Source of the DNA: an uncultured Clostridia bacterium
GTDB lineage: Bacteria > Bacillota > Clostridia > TANB77 > CAG-508
Assembly: GCA_949927455.1 (NCBI GenBank)
Contig: CATLEX010000002.1
Location: forward strand, 1 to 59,517
Length of the DNA stretch: 59,517 bases
Reading direction: 5' to 3'
Part shown: positions 31,782 to 41,023 of the stretch, one piece after another
Layout of the letters: the number at the start of each line of letters is the position of its first letter
Numbering within the stretch: the first letter of the stretch is position 1
The notes under the pieces: model-generated
What the model saw: only the letters and a program-made list of their open reading frames with translations
Databases searched by the model: none
Told to the model about the DNA's origin: nothing
Translations under genes and position numbers: made by a program

Positions 31782-32585
31782 ATGAAGAAGATAGTAAAAA
31801 TAGCATTCATTTTATATAGTATCATATGTGTTGCATCTTGCGTGTATGCAGCTTCATGTAATATGAGTTTACAAACTGCAAAAAATGAATTTGATAAAGC
31901 TGAGGAATTTGTTGTAGATGTTAATATTTCTAATATTCAAGCTGAAAAGGGAATTATTGCATTAGGAGCAACCCTTGAATATGATAAAGATAGTTTATCA
32001 TTAGTAGGTATGTCAGGACAAAATAGTTGGGCAAATCCTTCTTATAATGAAGCAAATGGAAAACTAGTTACTGATAGAGGAAGTTTGACTTCTAGTGATG
32101 AAACAGTTTTTAAGATTACGTTTAAAGTGAAGGAAAATAGCAAATCAAATACAACAATTACATTAAAAGACATTGCTGCTTCAAATGGAATAGAAGAAAT
32201 TAAAGTGTCTAACCTTACGAAAACAATCAATATAAAATTAGCAACAACAGAGCCAAATCCAAAGCCAGAAAATACAACAAATACAACTAATAATGGTAAT
32301 ACAAATACAAGTAATAACAATGGTGGTGGCAATAGTAATAACAATACGAGCCAAAATTCAAATACGAATAATGGAAATGGTGGTTCAGGAACTAACAATT
32401 CAGGATCAAGTTCAAATCAGAATAAAAATATAGTGGCAAATACACAAAAAGATTCAACTAAAAAAGGAATTTTGCCAAAGACAGGAGCTACAACAAATGT
32501 TATATTAATCGTACTAGGTGGAGCACTTGTTTTAGTTGCAGTATTGTATGTTAGAATGAAATTGCTAGATGAGAAAATGAAATAA
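31782..32585 (+). CDS. Cell-wall-anchored cohesin-domain protein (LPXTG sortase substrate)
   Basis: Signal peptide, cohesin-like domain (EFVVDVNISNIQAEKGIIALGATLEYDKDSL...), Asn/Thr/Gly/Ser-rich linker, LPKTG (32472..32486), then a hydrophobic helix and a basic tail. Confidence 0.8.
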   Translation: MKKIVKIAFILYSIICVASCVYAASCNMSLQTAKNEFDKAEEFVVDVNISNIQAEKGIIALGATLEYDKDSLSLVGMSGQNSWANPSYNEANGKLVTDRGSLTSSDETVFKITFKVKENSKSNTTITLKDIAASNGIEEIKVSNLTKTINIKLATTEPNPKPENTTNTTNNGNTNTSNNNGGGNSNNNTSQNSNTNNGNGGSGTNNSGSSSNQNKNIVANTQKDSTKKGILPKTGATTNVILIVLGGALVLVAVLYVRMKLLDEKMK

Positions 32586-32603
32586 AATTTTGTGATTATA
32601 TTG

Positions 32604-32643
32604 AAACTAGAAATTGGCTTAAAGCTGATTTCTAGTTTTTTAT
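32604..32643 (+). terminator. Terminator after the anchor gene
   Basis: AAACTAGAAAT-loop-ATTTCTAGTTT followed by a T-run. Confidence 0.7.
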
Positions 32644-32660
32644 TCAATATTTAGAAAAAA

Positions 32661-32720
32661 ATCTAAATAGATATTGACAATGTTTGCAGAAAATGTTATA
32701 ATCTATTTAGAAATATTTCT
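32661..32720 (+). promoter_or_regulatory. Consensus promoter flanked and followed by palindromic operator candidates (sdpR-like autoregulation)
   Basis: TTGACA 32674..32679, 17 nt spacer, TATAAT 32697..32702. The inverted repeat TCTAAATAGAT/ATCTATTTAGA brackets the promoter. TTTAGAAATATTTCTAAA palindrome lies just downstream. Confidence 0.55.
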
Positions 32721-32737
32721 AAACACCAAAAATGAAT

Positions 32738-32777
32738 TAAGATAGCTGCTCGAGTGGAGCGAGTTATGGATATCTTA
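32738..32777 (+). repeat. Hairpin element with conserved ends TAAGATAG...GATATCTTA (copy 1)
   Basis: Shares AATTAAGATAG and GATATCTTAT ends with 43288..43329. The interiors differ. Confidence 0.45.
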
Positions 32778-32822
32778 TACGAAATTATAGTACAAATTTT
32801 ATAACACGAAAGGAGTGATATA

Positions 32823-33101
32823 ATGGGAATGTCAGAAACATTAAAAGCAATTTCAGATCCTGTCAGAAGAGACATTTTAGAAATGCTTAAAATAGAAAAA
32901 AAATCAGCTGGAGAAATTGCTGAAAGATTTAATTTAACAAATGCTACTGTCTCGTATCATTTGTCACAACTAAAAAAAGCTGATTTGATAAGTGAAAATA
33001 AGTACAAAAATTTTATTTTTTATGAACTCAATACATCTGTGTTTGAAGATGTATTGACTTGGATTTATGGATTAGGAGGTACAAAAAATGAAAAAGATTG
33101 A
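32823..33101 (+). CDS. ArsR-family transcriptional regulator (SdpR-like)
   Basis: ISDPVRRDILEMLK...SAGEIAERFNLTNATVSYHLSQLKKADLI winged-helix signature. Confidence 0.8.
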   Translation: MGMSETLKAISDPVRRDILEMLKIEKKSAGEIAERFNLTNATVSYHLSQLKKADLISENKYKNFIFYELNTSVFEDVLTWIYGLGGTKNEKD

Positions 33102-33714
33102 TTGGAAAATATTAAGTTTAACGGTTATAGTTTGTTTGTTGCCAATTTTATTTGGGACAGTTTTTTATCAAAAAATGCCAGAAATAATACCAATTCATTT
33201 TAATATAAATAATGAAGTAGATCGTTATTCATCAAAGAATTTTGCATTATTTGCTATTCCAGTTTTAATGACAATCTTGCAAATATTTTGTTGTGTGATT
33301 TGTGATTGGAGGGGAAGCCAAGAAAATAGTAAACCTAAATTTGTTGCTATTGTGAAATGGATTGTCCCAGTTTTAAGTGTTGTTGTTTCAGTAATAACGA
33401 TTAGCGTAGCTTTAGGAAATGAAGTTGATGTGAGAAAATGGATTATGTTAGTAATAGGAATTTTGTGGGTGCTGATAGGAAATTACTTACCCAAAATGAG
33501 TTACGAACAAATGAAAGGAATGATACATCCAGTACCAAAGAGCGAAAGTAGCTATAAAATAGTGGTGAGAATGTTGGGGTATACATTTGTGATTTTTGGA
33601 TTTATTTTGTTAATCACAATATTGGCAAAACCAATAATTTCTTTTATAGCAATTTTGATCATGGTAATTGTTTTATTGATAGAAACCATTTTGATTTCCA
33701 CTAATCATAAATAA
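33088..33714 (+). CDS. SdpI/YhfL-family membrane protein
   Basis: Overlaps the regulator by 14 nt. Polytopic, with the GNYLPKM motif of the SdpI family. Confidence 0.65.
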   Translation: MKKIDWKILSLTVIVCLLPILFGTVFYQKMPEIIPIHFNINNEVDRYSSKNFALFAIPVLMTILQIFCCVICDWRGSQENSKPKFVAIVKWIVPVLSVVVSVITISVALGNEVDVRKWIMLVIGILWVLIGNYLPKMSYEQMKGMIHPVPKSESSYKIVVRMLGYTFVIFGFILLITILAKPIISFIAILIMVIVLLIETILISTNHK

Positions 33715-33720
33715 TAAAGA

Positions 33721-33756
33721 ATAGCTAAAATGAGAAATTATTTTAGCTATTTTTTA
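33721..33756 (+). terminator. Terminator
   Basis: Perfect 10-bp stem ATAGCTAAAA/TTTTAGCTAT followed by a T-run. Confidence 0.75.
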
Positions 33757-33785
33757 TTGACAAATACCCATAGGGGGTATATAAT
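33757..33785 (+). promoter_or_regulatory. Consensus promoter with an embedded CsoR operator
   Basis: TTGACA, 17 nt spacer, TATAAT. The spacer holds ATACCCATAGGGGGTAT (33764..33780), which matches the GC-rich CsoR box (TACCC-N-GGGGTA). Confidence 0.7.
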
Positions 33786-33802
33786 TTACTAGAGGTAATA
33801 AA

Positions 33803-34117
33803 ATGAAATGTAATAAATGTGATAGAATGGGTAGTAATCAAAGAAGATTAACATATAGGAGTGAAGAAATCAAAAAGAATTTGAGTAAAAGATTAAATAT
33901 TATAGAAGGTCAAATTAAAGGAATTAATCAGATGATAGCAGAAGACCGTTATTGTGATGATGTTTTAATTCAAATTATAGCAGCAAGTCAAGCATTAAAA
34001 AGTTTAGGAAATCAGATCTTAGAAACTCATTTGAAAACCTGTGTGAAACAAGATGTGCAAGATGGAAAAATAGATATATTAGATGATGTAATGAAAATTA
34101 TAAAAAAATTACAATAG
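33803..34117 (+). CDS. csoR: Copper-sensing repressor CsoR family
   Basis: RLNIIEGQIKGINQMIAEDRYCDDVLIQIIAASQALKSLG...HLKTCV, with the Cys/His/Cys ligand pattern. Confidence 0.85.
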   Translation: MKCNKCDRMGSNQRRLTYRSEEIKKNLSKRLNIIEGQIKGINQMIAEDRYCDDVLIQIIAASQALKSLGNQILETHLKTCVKQDVQDGKIDILDDVMKIIKKLQ

Positions 34118-34128
34118 AAAGGAGTTTT

Positions 34129-36658
34129 ATGAAGAAAGTCAAATTTGATATTCAAGGTATGACTTGCAGCAGTTGTCAAACGCATGTGGAAAAAGCAGTT
34201 AAAAAGCTAAGTGGAGTGCAAAGTGTTAATGTTAATTTAATTGGAAATAATATGGTTGCTCAATATGATGAGAATTGTTTAGATAATGAAGCTATTATAA
34301 AAGCTGTTGTTGACGCTGGTTACGGAGCAATTATGAGTGATGTTTCTGAACAAATGAAAAAAGCAAAAATTCCAAGCGAAGATGAAAATATAAAAGCAAT
34401 GAAGCAAAGGCTAATTTTGTCTATTGTTTTTTGGATACCACTTATGTATATTGCCATGTATCATATGTTTTATGAATGGTTTGGTTTGCCAATTCCGCAA
34501 GTTATAAATCGTATGTTTCATGGTGCAGAAAATGCACTTGCTTTTGGATTTACGCAGTTTTTATTGGTTTTACCAATTATGTATCTGAACCGAAATTATT
34601 TTATTATAGGGTTTAAACGACTGTTTAAAAAAAGTCCTAATATGGATTCTCTAATTGCAATTGGTAGTACTGCTGCTATTGTCTATGGAATTTATGCCAT
34701 TTTTCAAATTGGTTATGGATTGGGGCATGAAAAAATAGATATAGTTCAGAAATTTTCCATGGATTTGTATTTTGAATCAGCTGGAACAATCTTAACTTTG
34801 ATTACAGTTGGAAAATATTTAGAAACAAAGTCCAAAGGGAAGACAAGTGATGCTATTCGTAAATTAATTGATTTGGCACCAAAAACGGCAATTGTTTTAA
34901 GAGAAGGAAAAGAAGTTCAGGTTGAAGTAGAAGAAATTGCAATTGGTGATATTGTGATTATAAAACCTGGTGGTGGCATTCCAGTAGATGGAACGATTGT
35001 AGAAGGAAACACTTGGATTGACCAATCTAGTATTACAGGTGAGAGTATTCCTGTGGAGAAATCAGTTGGTGATGCAGTTGTTTCAGGAACTATGAATAAA
35101 AATGGATTTTTCAAAATGAAAGTGACAAAAGTTGGGAAAGATACGACACTTGCACAAATTATTAAATTAGTAGAAGAGGCTGGAAATTCGAAAGCGCCAA
35201 TTGCAAGAATTGCAGATAAAGTAAGTGGTGTATTTGTACCAGTTGTGATTATGATTGCTGTGCTTGCTTGTATTTTTTGGATTTTGCAAGGGCAAAGTTT
35301 TGAATTTGCGCTAAGTATAGGAATTGCGGTTTTGGTAATCTCATGTCCATGTGCTTTAGGGCTTGCGACACCTGTTGCGATTATGGTTGGGACTGGAAAA
35401 GCAGCAGAAAATGGAATTTTGGTAAAATCGGCAGAAAGTCTAGAAAATTTGCATTTGGTAGATACAGTTGTGCTTGACAAAACAGGAACAATTACTAGAC
35501 GGAAAGCCAAAAGTTGTAGGAATGGTTAGTCAGATAAAAGAAAGAAAATTATTGCAAATTGTAGCAAGTTTAGAACAGAATTCGGAACATCCATTGGCAC
35601 AAGCAGTGCTTGAAAAAGCTAAGTTAGAAAACATTGAATTATTAAAAGTTGTAGATTTTTCGAATATACTTGGGAGAGGTGTTCAGGGGAAGATTGAAGG
35701 CGAAGAGTATTTTGCTGGAAACACCTCTTTTATGAAGGAAAATAAGATTGATATAAAAGAAATAAGTAGAAAACTTCATGAGGAGCGAACAGTAATTTTT
35801 GTTGGAAATAAAGAAGAAATACTTGGCGCCATTGAAATTTCAGATGAAGTAAAGAGTGATAGTTTGGTAGCAATTCAGACTCTGCAGAAAAAAAAGATAG
35901 AAATAGTTATGCTGACTGGTGATAATCAGTTAGTAGCAAATGCAATTGGAAAAGAACTTGGAATTAATCAAGTAATTTCCGAAGTTTTACCACAGGATAA
36001 GGAAAAAGAAGTGGAAAAATTGCAGAAGAATGGTAAGAAAGTGGCATTTGTAGGAGATGGTATTAATGATAGTCCTGCTCTTGTGAGAGCTGATGTGGGG
36101 CTTGCGATAGGTAACGGAACAGATATTGCAATTGAAAGTGCTGATTGTGTTTTGATGAAAAATAGCTTGCTAGATGTAGTAATTGCAATTGATTTGAGTA
36201 AAGCTGTGATACGTAATATAAAAATGAATTTGTTTTGGGCGTTTTTTTATAATGTGATTGGAATTCCGATTGCGGCAGGTGTATTTTATTTGAATTTTGG
36301 ATGGAAGTTAAATCCAATGCTTGGGGCAGCTGCAATGAGCTTAAGCTCTGTTTGTGTTGTAATAAATGCGCTTAGATTACGAAAATTCAAAAGTAAAAAA
36401 ATAGGGATAGATGCACACATCAATCCAAAATATGAAATAAAAAAGGAGGAAAGCATAATGAAAAAAACAATTTTGATTGAAGGAATGCAATGTAATCATT
36501 GCAAAATGAGTGTGGAAAAGGCACTAGGTAGCATAGAAGGTGTAACAAAAGTGGAAGTAAGCTTGGAGAATAAAAATGCGATCATTGAGAGTACGAAAGA
36601 AATTCAAGACAGCGAAATTAAGAAAGTGATTGAAGAAGCAGGGTTTGAGGTGAAGTAA
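34129..36658 (+). CDS. copA: Copper-translocating P1B-type ATPase CopA with N- and C-terminal HMA domains; needs a +1 frame change at CGG 35500..35502
   Basis: GMTCSSC, TGES, CPC and DKTGTIT in frame A. GKPKVVG..., MLTGDN, GDGINDSPAL and the second HMA domain (GMQCNHC) in frame A+1. Confidence 0.85.
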
Positions 36659-36747
36659 AAGGCAGTATTTTATACTGTCTTTTTTGTTCTAGAAAAAATT
36701 TGCTATAAAGAGAAAATTATGTTATAATTTTCAAAAAAGGAGAAATC

Positions 36748-37432
36748 ATGCAAAATCAATTTTCAAGAACAGAAGATTTAATTGGAAAAGAGAACTTGCA
36801 AAGCCTACATAAAGCAAAAGTTGCTGTTTTTGGGCTTGGTGGAGTTGGTTCATATGTAGTGGAAGGTTTAGCAAGAGCTGGAATTGGCAATTTTGTATTG
36901 GTTGATTATGATACAGTCGATGTTACGAATTTAAACAGACAAATTATTGCAACTACTGGGACGCTTGGATTGCCAAAGGTACAAGTTTCTCAAAAGCGAA
37001 TTTTAGAAATTTATCCAGAAGCAAAAGTGGAAGCATTGCAAAGTTTTTTCTTGCCAGATAGTCCACAAATTTTAGAGGAAACAATGGACTATGTTGTAGA
37101 TTGTGTTGACACAGTGGCTGCAAAAGTAGAATTGGTAGTAAGGGCAAAAAAAATGAATATTCCGATTATTTCATGTATGGGAACTGGCAATAAGTTGGAT
37201 CCAACAAAGTTTGAAGTGGCTGATATTTATAAAACTTCAGTTTGCCCGCTTGCAAAAGTGATGCGAAAAGAGTTGAAAACAAGAAATATTGATAACTTAA
37301 AGGTGGTATATTCAAAAGAGGAGCCAATTAAAACTGGGAAGAAAATTCCACGGAAGTGTTTCTTTTGTGCCATCTGTGGCAGGTTTGATAATAGCTGGAG
37401 AAGTTGTAAAAGATTTAATAAAGCAGGTTTAA
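36748..37432 (+). CDS. tcdA: tRNA threonylcarbamoyladenosine dehydratase (TcdA/CsdL, ThiF-family); needs a +1 frame change at CGG 37351..37353
   Basis: GLGGVGSY...VDYDTVDVTNLNRQ in frame A. After the shift the canonical tail GSVSFVPSVAGLIIAGEVVKDLIKQV ends at TAA 37430..37432. Confidence 0.7.
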
Positions 37433-37437
37433 AGTTA

Positions 37438-38271
37438 ATGGAAAAATATGAAGAAATTGAAAAAAGTTTGATAACGACTTATCGAAATAAGATTTGGACG
37501 AAATTTGTGAAAGGAATAAAGGAGTTTGAAATGATTGCAGATGGCGATAAAATTGCTGTTTGTATTTCTGGTGGAAAAGATTCGATGCTAATGGCGAAGT
37601 GTTTTCAAGAATTAAAGAAACATCGTAGAATGAATTTTGAGCTTGTATTTTTGGTGATGAATCCAGGTTATAATGAAGCAAACCAGCAGAAGATTATTGA
37701 AAATGCAAAAATTTTAAATATTCCAATTACCATATTTGAGACAGATATTTTTAATCGTGTGGTGAATATTGAAGATCATCCTTGTTATTTATGTGCGCGC
37801 ATGCGAAGAGGTTATTTATATGAAAAAGCAAAAGAATTTGGGTGTAATAAAATTGCGTTAGGGCATCATTTTGATGATGTGATTGAAACAACTTTGATGG
37901 GAATGCTGTATGGTGCGCAAATGCAAACTATGATGCCAAAAGTTTGTAGTACATCACATCCAGGAATGGAGCTAATTCGTCCGCTATATTATGTGAAAGA
38001 AGAAAATATTATTCGTTGGGCAAAGCGAAATGGACTGGAGTTTATTCAGTGTGCTTGTCGCTTTACAGAGCATTATACAGCCTGTGAAAATCAAGATGGA
38101 AGTTCAAAGCGAGAGGAAGTAAAGGCACTGATTAAAGAACTTAGGAAAAAATATGAAAATATTGATATTAACATTTTCAGAAGTAGTCAAAATGTCAATT
38201 TGGATACTTTAATTTCCTATCGAAAAGGTGGAAAAACGGTTCATTTTTTAGATGAGTATGGGAGGCAGTAA
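37438..38271 (+). CDS. TtcA-family PP-loop ATPase (tRNA thiolation-type)
   Basis: PP-loop CISGGKDS plus CYLCARMRRGYLY and CACRF cysteine motifs. Has its own ATG 5 nt after the tcdA stop. Confidence 0.7.
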   Translation: MEKYEEIEKSLITTYRNKIWTKFVKGIKEFEMIADGDKIAVCISGGKDSMLMAKCFQELKKHRRMNFELVFLVMNPGYNEANQQKIIENAKILNIPITIFETDIFNRVVNIEDHPCYLCARMRRGYLYEKAKEFGCNKIALGHHFDDVIETTLMGMLYGAQMQTMMPKVCSTSHPGMELIRPLYYVKEENIIRWAKRNGLEFIQCACRFTEHYTACENQDGSSKREEVKALIKELRKKYENIDINIFRSSQNVNLDTLISYRKGGKTVHFLDEYGRQ

Positions 38272-38278
38272 TCGTATT

Positions 38279-39176
38279 ATGAGTGAGGAAAACATGAAAT
38301 TTATAACGAGTTTGGAGCCAGCTAAAAATAAAATTATTCAAAAATATCCACAGTTTAAAAATGGTAAGTTTGTTGAAGATATTTCTGGCTGGTGTAATTA
38401 TGCTGTTAAAGTTGATGATGAGTATTTGTTTAGATTTTCTAGAAATCAAGAAAGTTATAGAGTATTGAAAATGGAGTGTCAGATATTAGAATATTTGATA
38501 CAAAATTTACCAAGTACTATACAAGTGCCAAAATATATTTTTAGCGATTTTAAAGATGGACCATTTGTTGGTTATAAGATGATTAGAGGAGAATTTTTGA
38601 GAAAAGATGTTTTTGAAAAGTTGAATAATAAGGCAAAAGAAAGTTTGCTAAAAAATATGAGTATCTTTTTAAATACACTTCATTCAATAGATATTAATAA
38701 ATTTGATTTAGACTATGTTGAGCCAATTTCTAATTATCAAATGAGATATGAAGAGTTTAAAAAGGTATGCTTTCGGCTATTTTACTGAAGAGGAAAAGCA
38801 AGCTACCAGAGATTTATTTGAAAATTATTTCAAAGATGGAAAAATGGTAAATTATAGGCCCACAGTTATTCATGGAGATTTATCAGAGAATCATATTTTA
38901 ATTACAGACAAGGGAATAGGAATTATTGATTTTGGAGATGCAAGAATTTTTGACCCAGTTTTTGATTTTGAATGGGCATATTTGTGTGGTAGAGATTTTT
39001 ATGATAAGTTAGTGGATTTATATCATGTAAATTATGATGAGAATTTTGAGCATAGAATAAACAATTTTTACCTAAAAATTGTTCATTATTATGGAATTGT
39101 ATATGGAGATAAACTAGGGGATAAGGTTTTGGTTAAAAAGGAATTGGAAAGATTAAGAAAATGTTTGTTAGGTTAA
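38279..39176 (+). CDS. Phosphotransferase (APH/choline-kinase) family protein; needs a +1 frame change at CGG 38774..38776
   Basis: Kinase motifs VIHGDLSENHILI and GIIDFGDA are in the downstream frame and the N-lobe is in the upstream frame. Start position is uncertain (38252, 38279 or 38294). Confidence 0.65.
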
Positions 39177-39246
39177 AGTAAGTTGTTCTAATACAACCTT
39201 TAGACGAATACAATTAAGCAAATGTATTTGTTTGGGGGTTATCAGA

Positions 39247-39510
39247 ATGAAGGGAATGTCAATCGAAGAAAGAGCAATTAAGCTTGCTCAATATATAATA
39301 GATACAAAGGACACAGTACGTGGAGCAGCAAAAAAATTCGGAATAAGCAAAAGTACAGTACATAAAGATGTAAGTCAACGTTTACTCAACATTAATTACA
39401 CCTTAGCAATGGATGTCCGAAAAGTGTTGGATGAAAATAAAGCGGAAAGGCATATTCGAGGTGGAATGGCAACAAAGTTAAAATATAGTCATAAGGATAA
39501 TGCTTCATAA
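39247..39510 (+). CDS. spoIIID: Stage III sporulation protein D (mother-cell transcription factor)
   Basis: TVRGAAKKFGISKSTVHKDVSQRL...NKAERHIRGGMATKLKY is the SpoIIID signature. Confidence 0.9.
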   Translation: MKGMSIEERAIKLAQYIIDTKDTVRGAAKKFGISKSTVHKDVSQRLLNINYTLAMDVRKVLDENKAERHIRGGMATKLKYSHKDNAS

Positions 39511-39516
39511 ATTGCG

Positions 39517-39540
39517 GAGCAGACTTTTTTTAGTCTGCTC
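39517..39540 (+). terminator. Terminator candidate after spoIIID
   Basis: GAGCAGACT-TTTTTT-AGTCTGCTC hairpin. Confidence 0.5.
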
Positions 39541-39655
39541 TAAAATATTTTGTATAAAAATCCAATAAAAAGCAAAAATAAATATTGACAAAAGAACGAA
39601 TGTTTGATATTATAAGTGAACATCATAAAACCTATTTAAAGGGGGAAATGGATTG

Positions 39656-41002
39656 ATGGAATATAAGGTTTTAAGAGAAAAATATAAGCGTTTTATTTAT
39701 AAAAATTATCAAATTACGGAAGACAATGAAAATATTTATTTAAAATATGAATTTGAAATAGAAAATTTGGCAAACTTTAATCCAGTTTTAGTGGTAGCTA
39801 AAAAGGATTTTCAAATATATAGTTTGTATACTGATGTAGTAAAAAATATTGTATTTAATTTAGGAATGGTAGAAGCCATTAGCTATTATAAATTGACTTG
39901 CAGTCAAATTTTTGATGTAAAATGTGGAAAATTAAATCAAGAACAGATTGCATGGTACCAAAAATTAATTTATCTAGGACTTGGTGAATTTCGCTATATA
40001 AATGGCATTCAAGAAACACAAGATAATTTTGTGAGAATTATAACAGAAGGTGAAAGGCTAGAACCTAAAAAATTAGATTATCCATTAAATGATTGCGTGG
40101 TGCCTATTGGTGGAGGAAAAGATTCGAATGTTACATTAGAATTATTAAAAGAAACACCATACAAACGATATGGTTTTCGTATAAATTTAGAGAAAGTATC
40201 GCAAAAGTGTGCGGAAATAGCGGGGTTACAAGAATGTGAGATAATGGAAGTTAAGCGTAAAATCGATTCAAACTTGATTGAATTAAATAAAAAAGGGTTT
40301 TTGAATGGGCATACGCCATTTTCAGCTATGGTTGCATTTCTTACTTATTTTACAGCAACAATATTTGGAAAGAAGTATATTGTTTTATCAAATGAAGATA
40401 GTGCAAATGAGTCTAATATTAAAGGAGAAAATATTAATCATCAATATTCTAAAACAATTGAATTTGAAAATGATTTTCGAAAATATGTGAAAAATTATAT
40501 CTGCTCAAATGGACCAGAATATTTTAGTTTTTTGCGTCCTATTAGTGAACTTCAAATTGCAAAATTATTTTCTAAGCAAGAACAATATCATGATGTTTTT
40601 AAGAGTTGCAATGTTGGTAGTAAAAGTAAACCATGGAAATGGTGCTGTAATTGCGCAAAATGCTTGTTTCCTTATATTATTTTAAGTCCATTTTTATATA
40701 AAGAGAAATTAGTTCATATTTTTGGTGAAGATTTATTTGAAAAAGAAGATTTACTAAAAACATTTGTGGAACTTTGTGGATATAGTGAAAACAAACCGTT
40801 TGAATGTGTTGGAACATATGAAGAAGTACGAGTAGCTATTTCAAAAACAATTCAAAACATGAATGAAAAGTTACCATTTTTGTTACAATATTACAAAGAT
40901 AATTTTGAATTGATGGATTATGATTTATTACATTATTATAATGAAAATCATAATTTGCCAAGAGAATTTGACAAAATATTAAGAAAGAAGATTTTTGAAT
41001 AG
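39656..41002 (+). CDS. PP-loop-like (GGGKDS) protein, possibly a MurL-type UDP-MurNAc-L-Ala-L-Glu epimerase
   Basis: VVPIGGGKDSNV ATP-pyrophosphatase-like loop, C-terminal CNVGSKSKPWKWCCNCAKC cluster, and tight linkage (21 nt) to a MurD-like ligase. Family assignment is from memory of the MurD2-MurL pairing. Confidence 0.4.
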   Translation: MEYKVLREKYKRFIYKNYQITEDNENIYLKYEFEIENLANFNPVLVVAKKDFQIYSLYTDVVKNIVFNLGMVEAISYYKLTCSQIFDVKCGKLNQEQIAWYQKLIYLGLGEFRYINGIQETQDNFVRIITEGERLEPKKLDYPLNDCVVPIGGGKDSNVTLELLKETPYKRYGFRINLEKVSQKCAEIAGLQECEIMEVKRKIDSNLIELNKKGFLNGHTPFSAMVAFLTYFTATIFGKKYIVLSNEDSANESNIKGENINHQYSKTIEFENDFRKYVKNYICSNGPEYFSFLRPISELQIAKLFSKQEQYHDVFKSCNVGSKSKPWKWCCNCAKCLFPYIILSPFLYKEKLVHIFGEDLFEKEDLLKTFVELCGYSENKPFECVGTYEEVRVAISKTIQNMNEKLPFLLQYYKDNFELMDYDLLHYYNENHNLPREFDKILRKKIFE

Positions 41003-41023
41003 ACAAGTAAAGAGGAGTTTTCA

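Noticed and set aside
32245-32440. Asn/Thr/Gly/Ser-rich low-complexity stretch considered as a noncoding tandem repeat
   Set aside because: It is in frame within the LPXTG anchor protein and behaves as a flexible stalk linker. No exact DNA periodicity is visible.
34917-35510. Long antisense ORFs from the track, for example 34917..35510, 31192..31563, 32042..32398, 13929..14390, 6772..7080 and 1240..1518
   Set aside because: They lie entirely antisense to well-supported genes, have low-complexity or odd composition, and lack RBSs. They are shadow ORFs.
36748-38271. The 507-aa track ORF read as a genuine bifunctional TcdA-TtcA fusion protein
   Set aside because: The linker (RKCFFCAICGRFDNSWRSCKRFNKAGLKL) is the out-of-frame reading of the canonical TcdA C-terminus. 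The +1 frame after CGG 37351 gives GSVSFVPSVAGLIIAGEVVKDLIKQV-stop, and the second gene has its own ATG.
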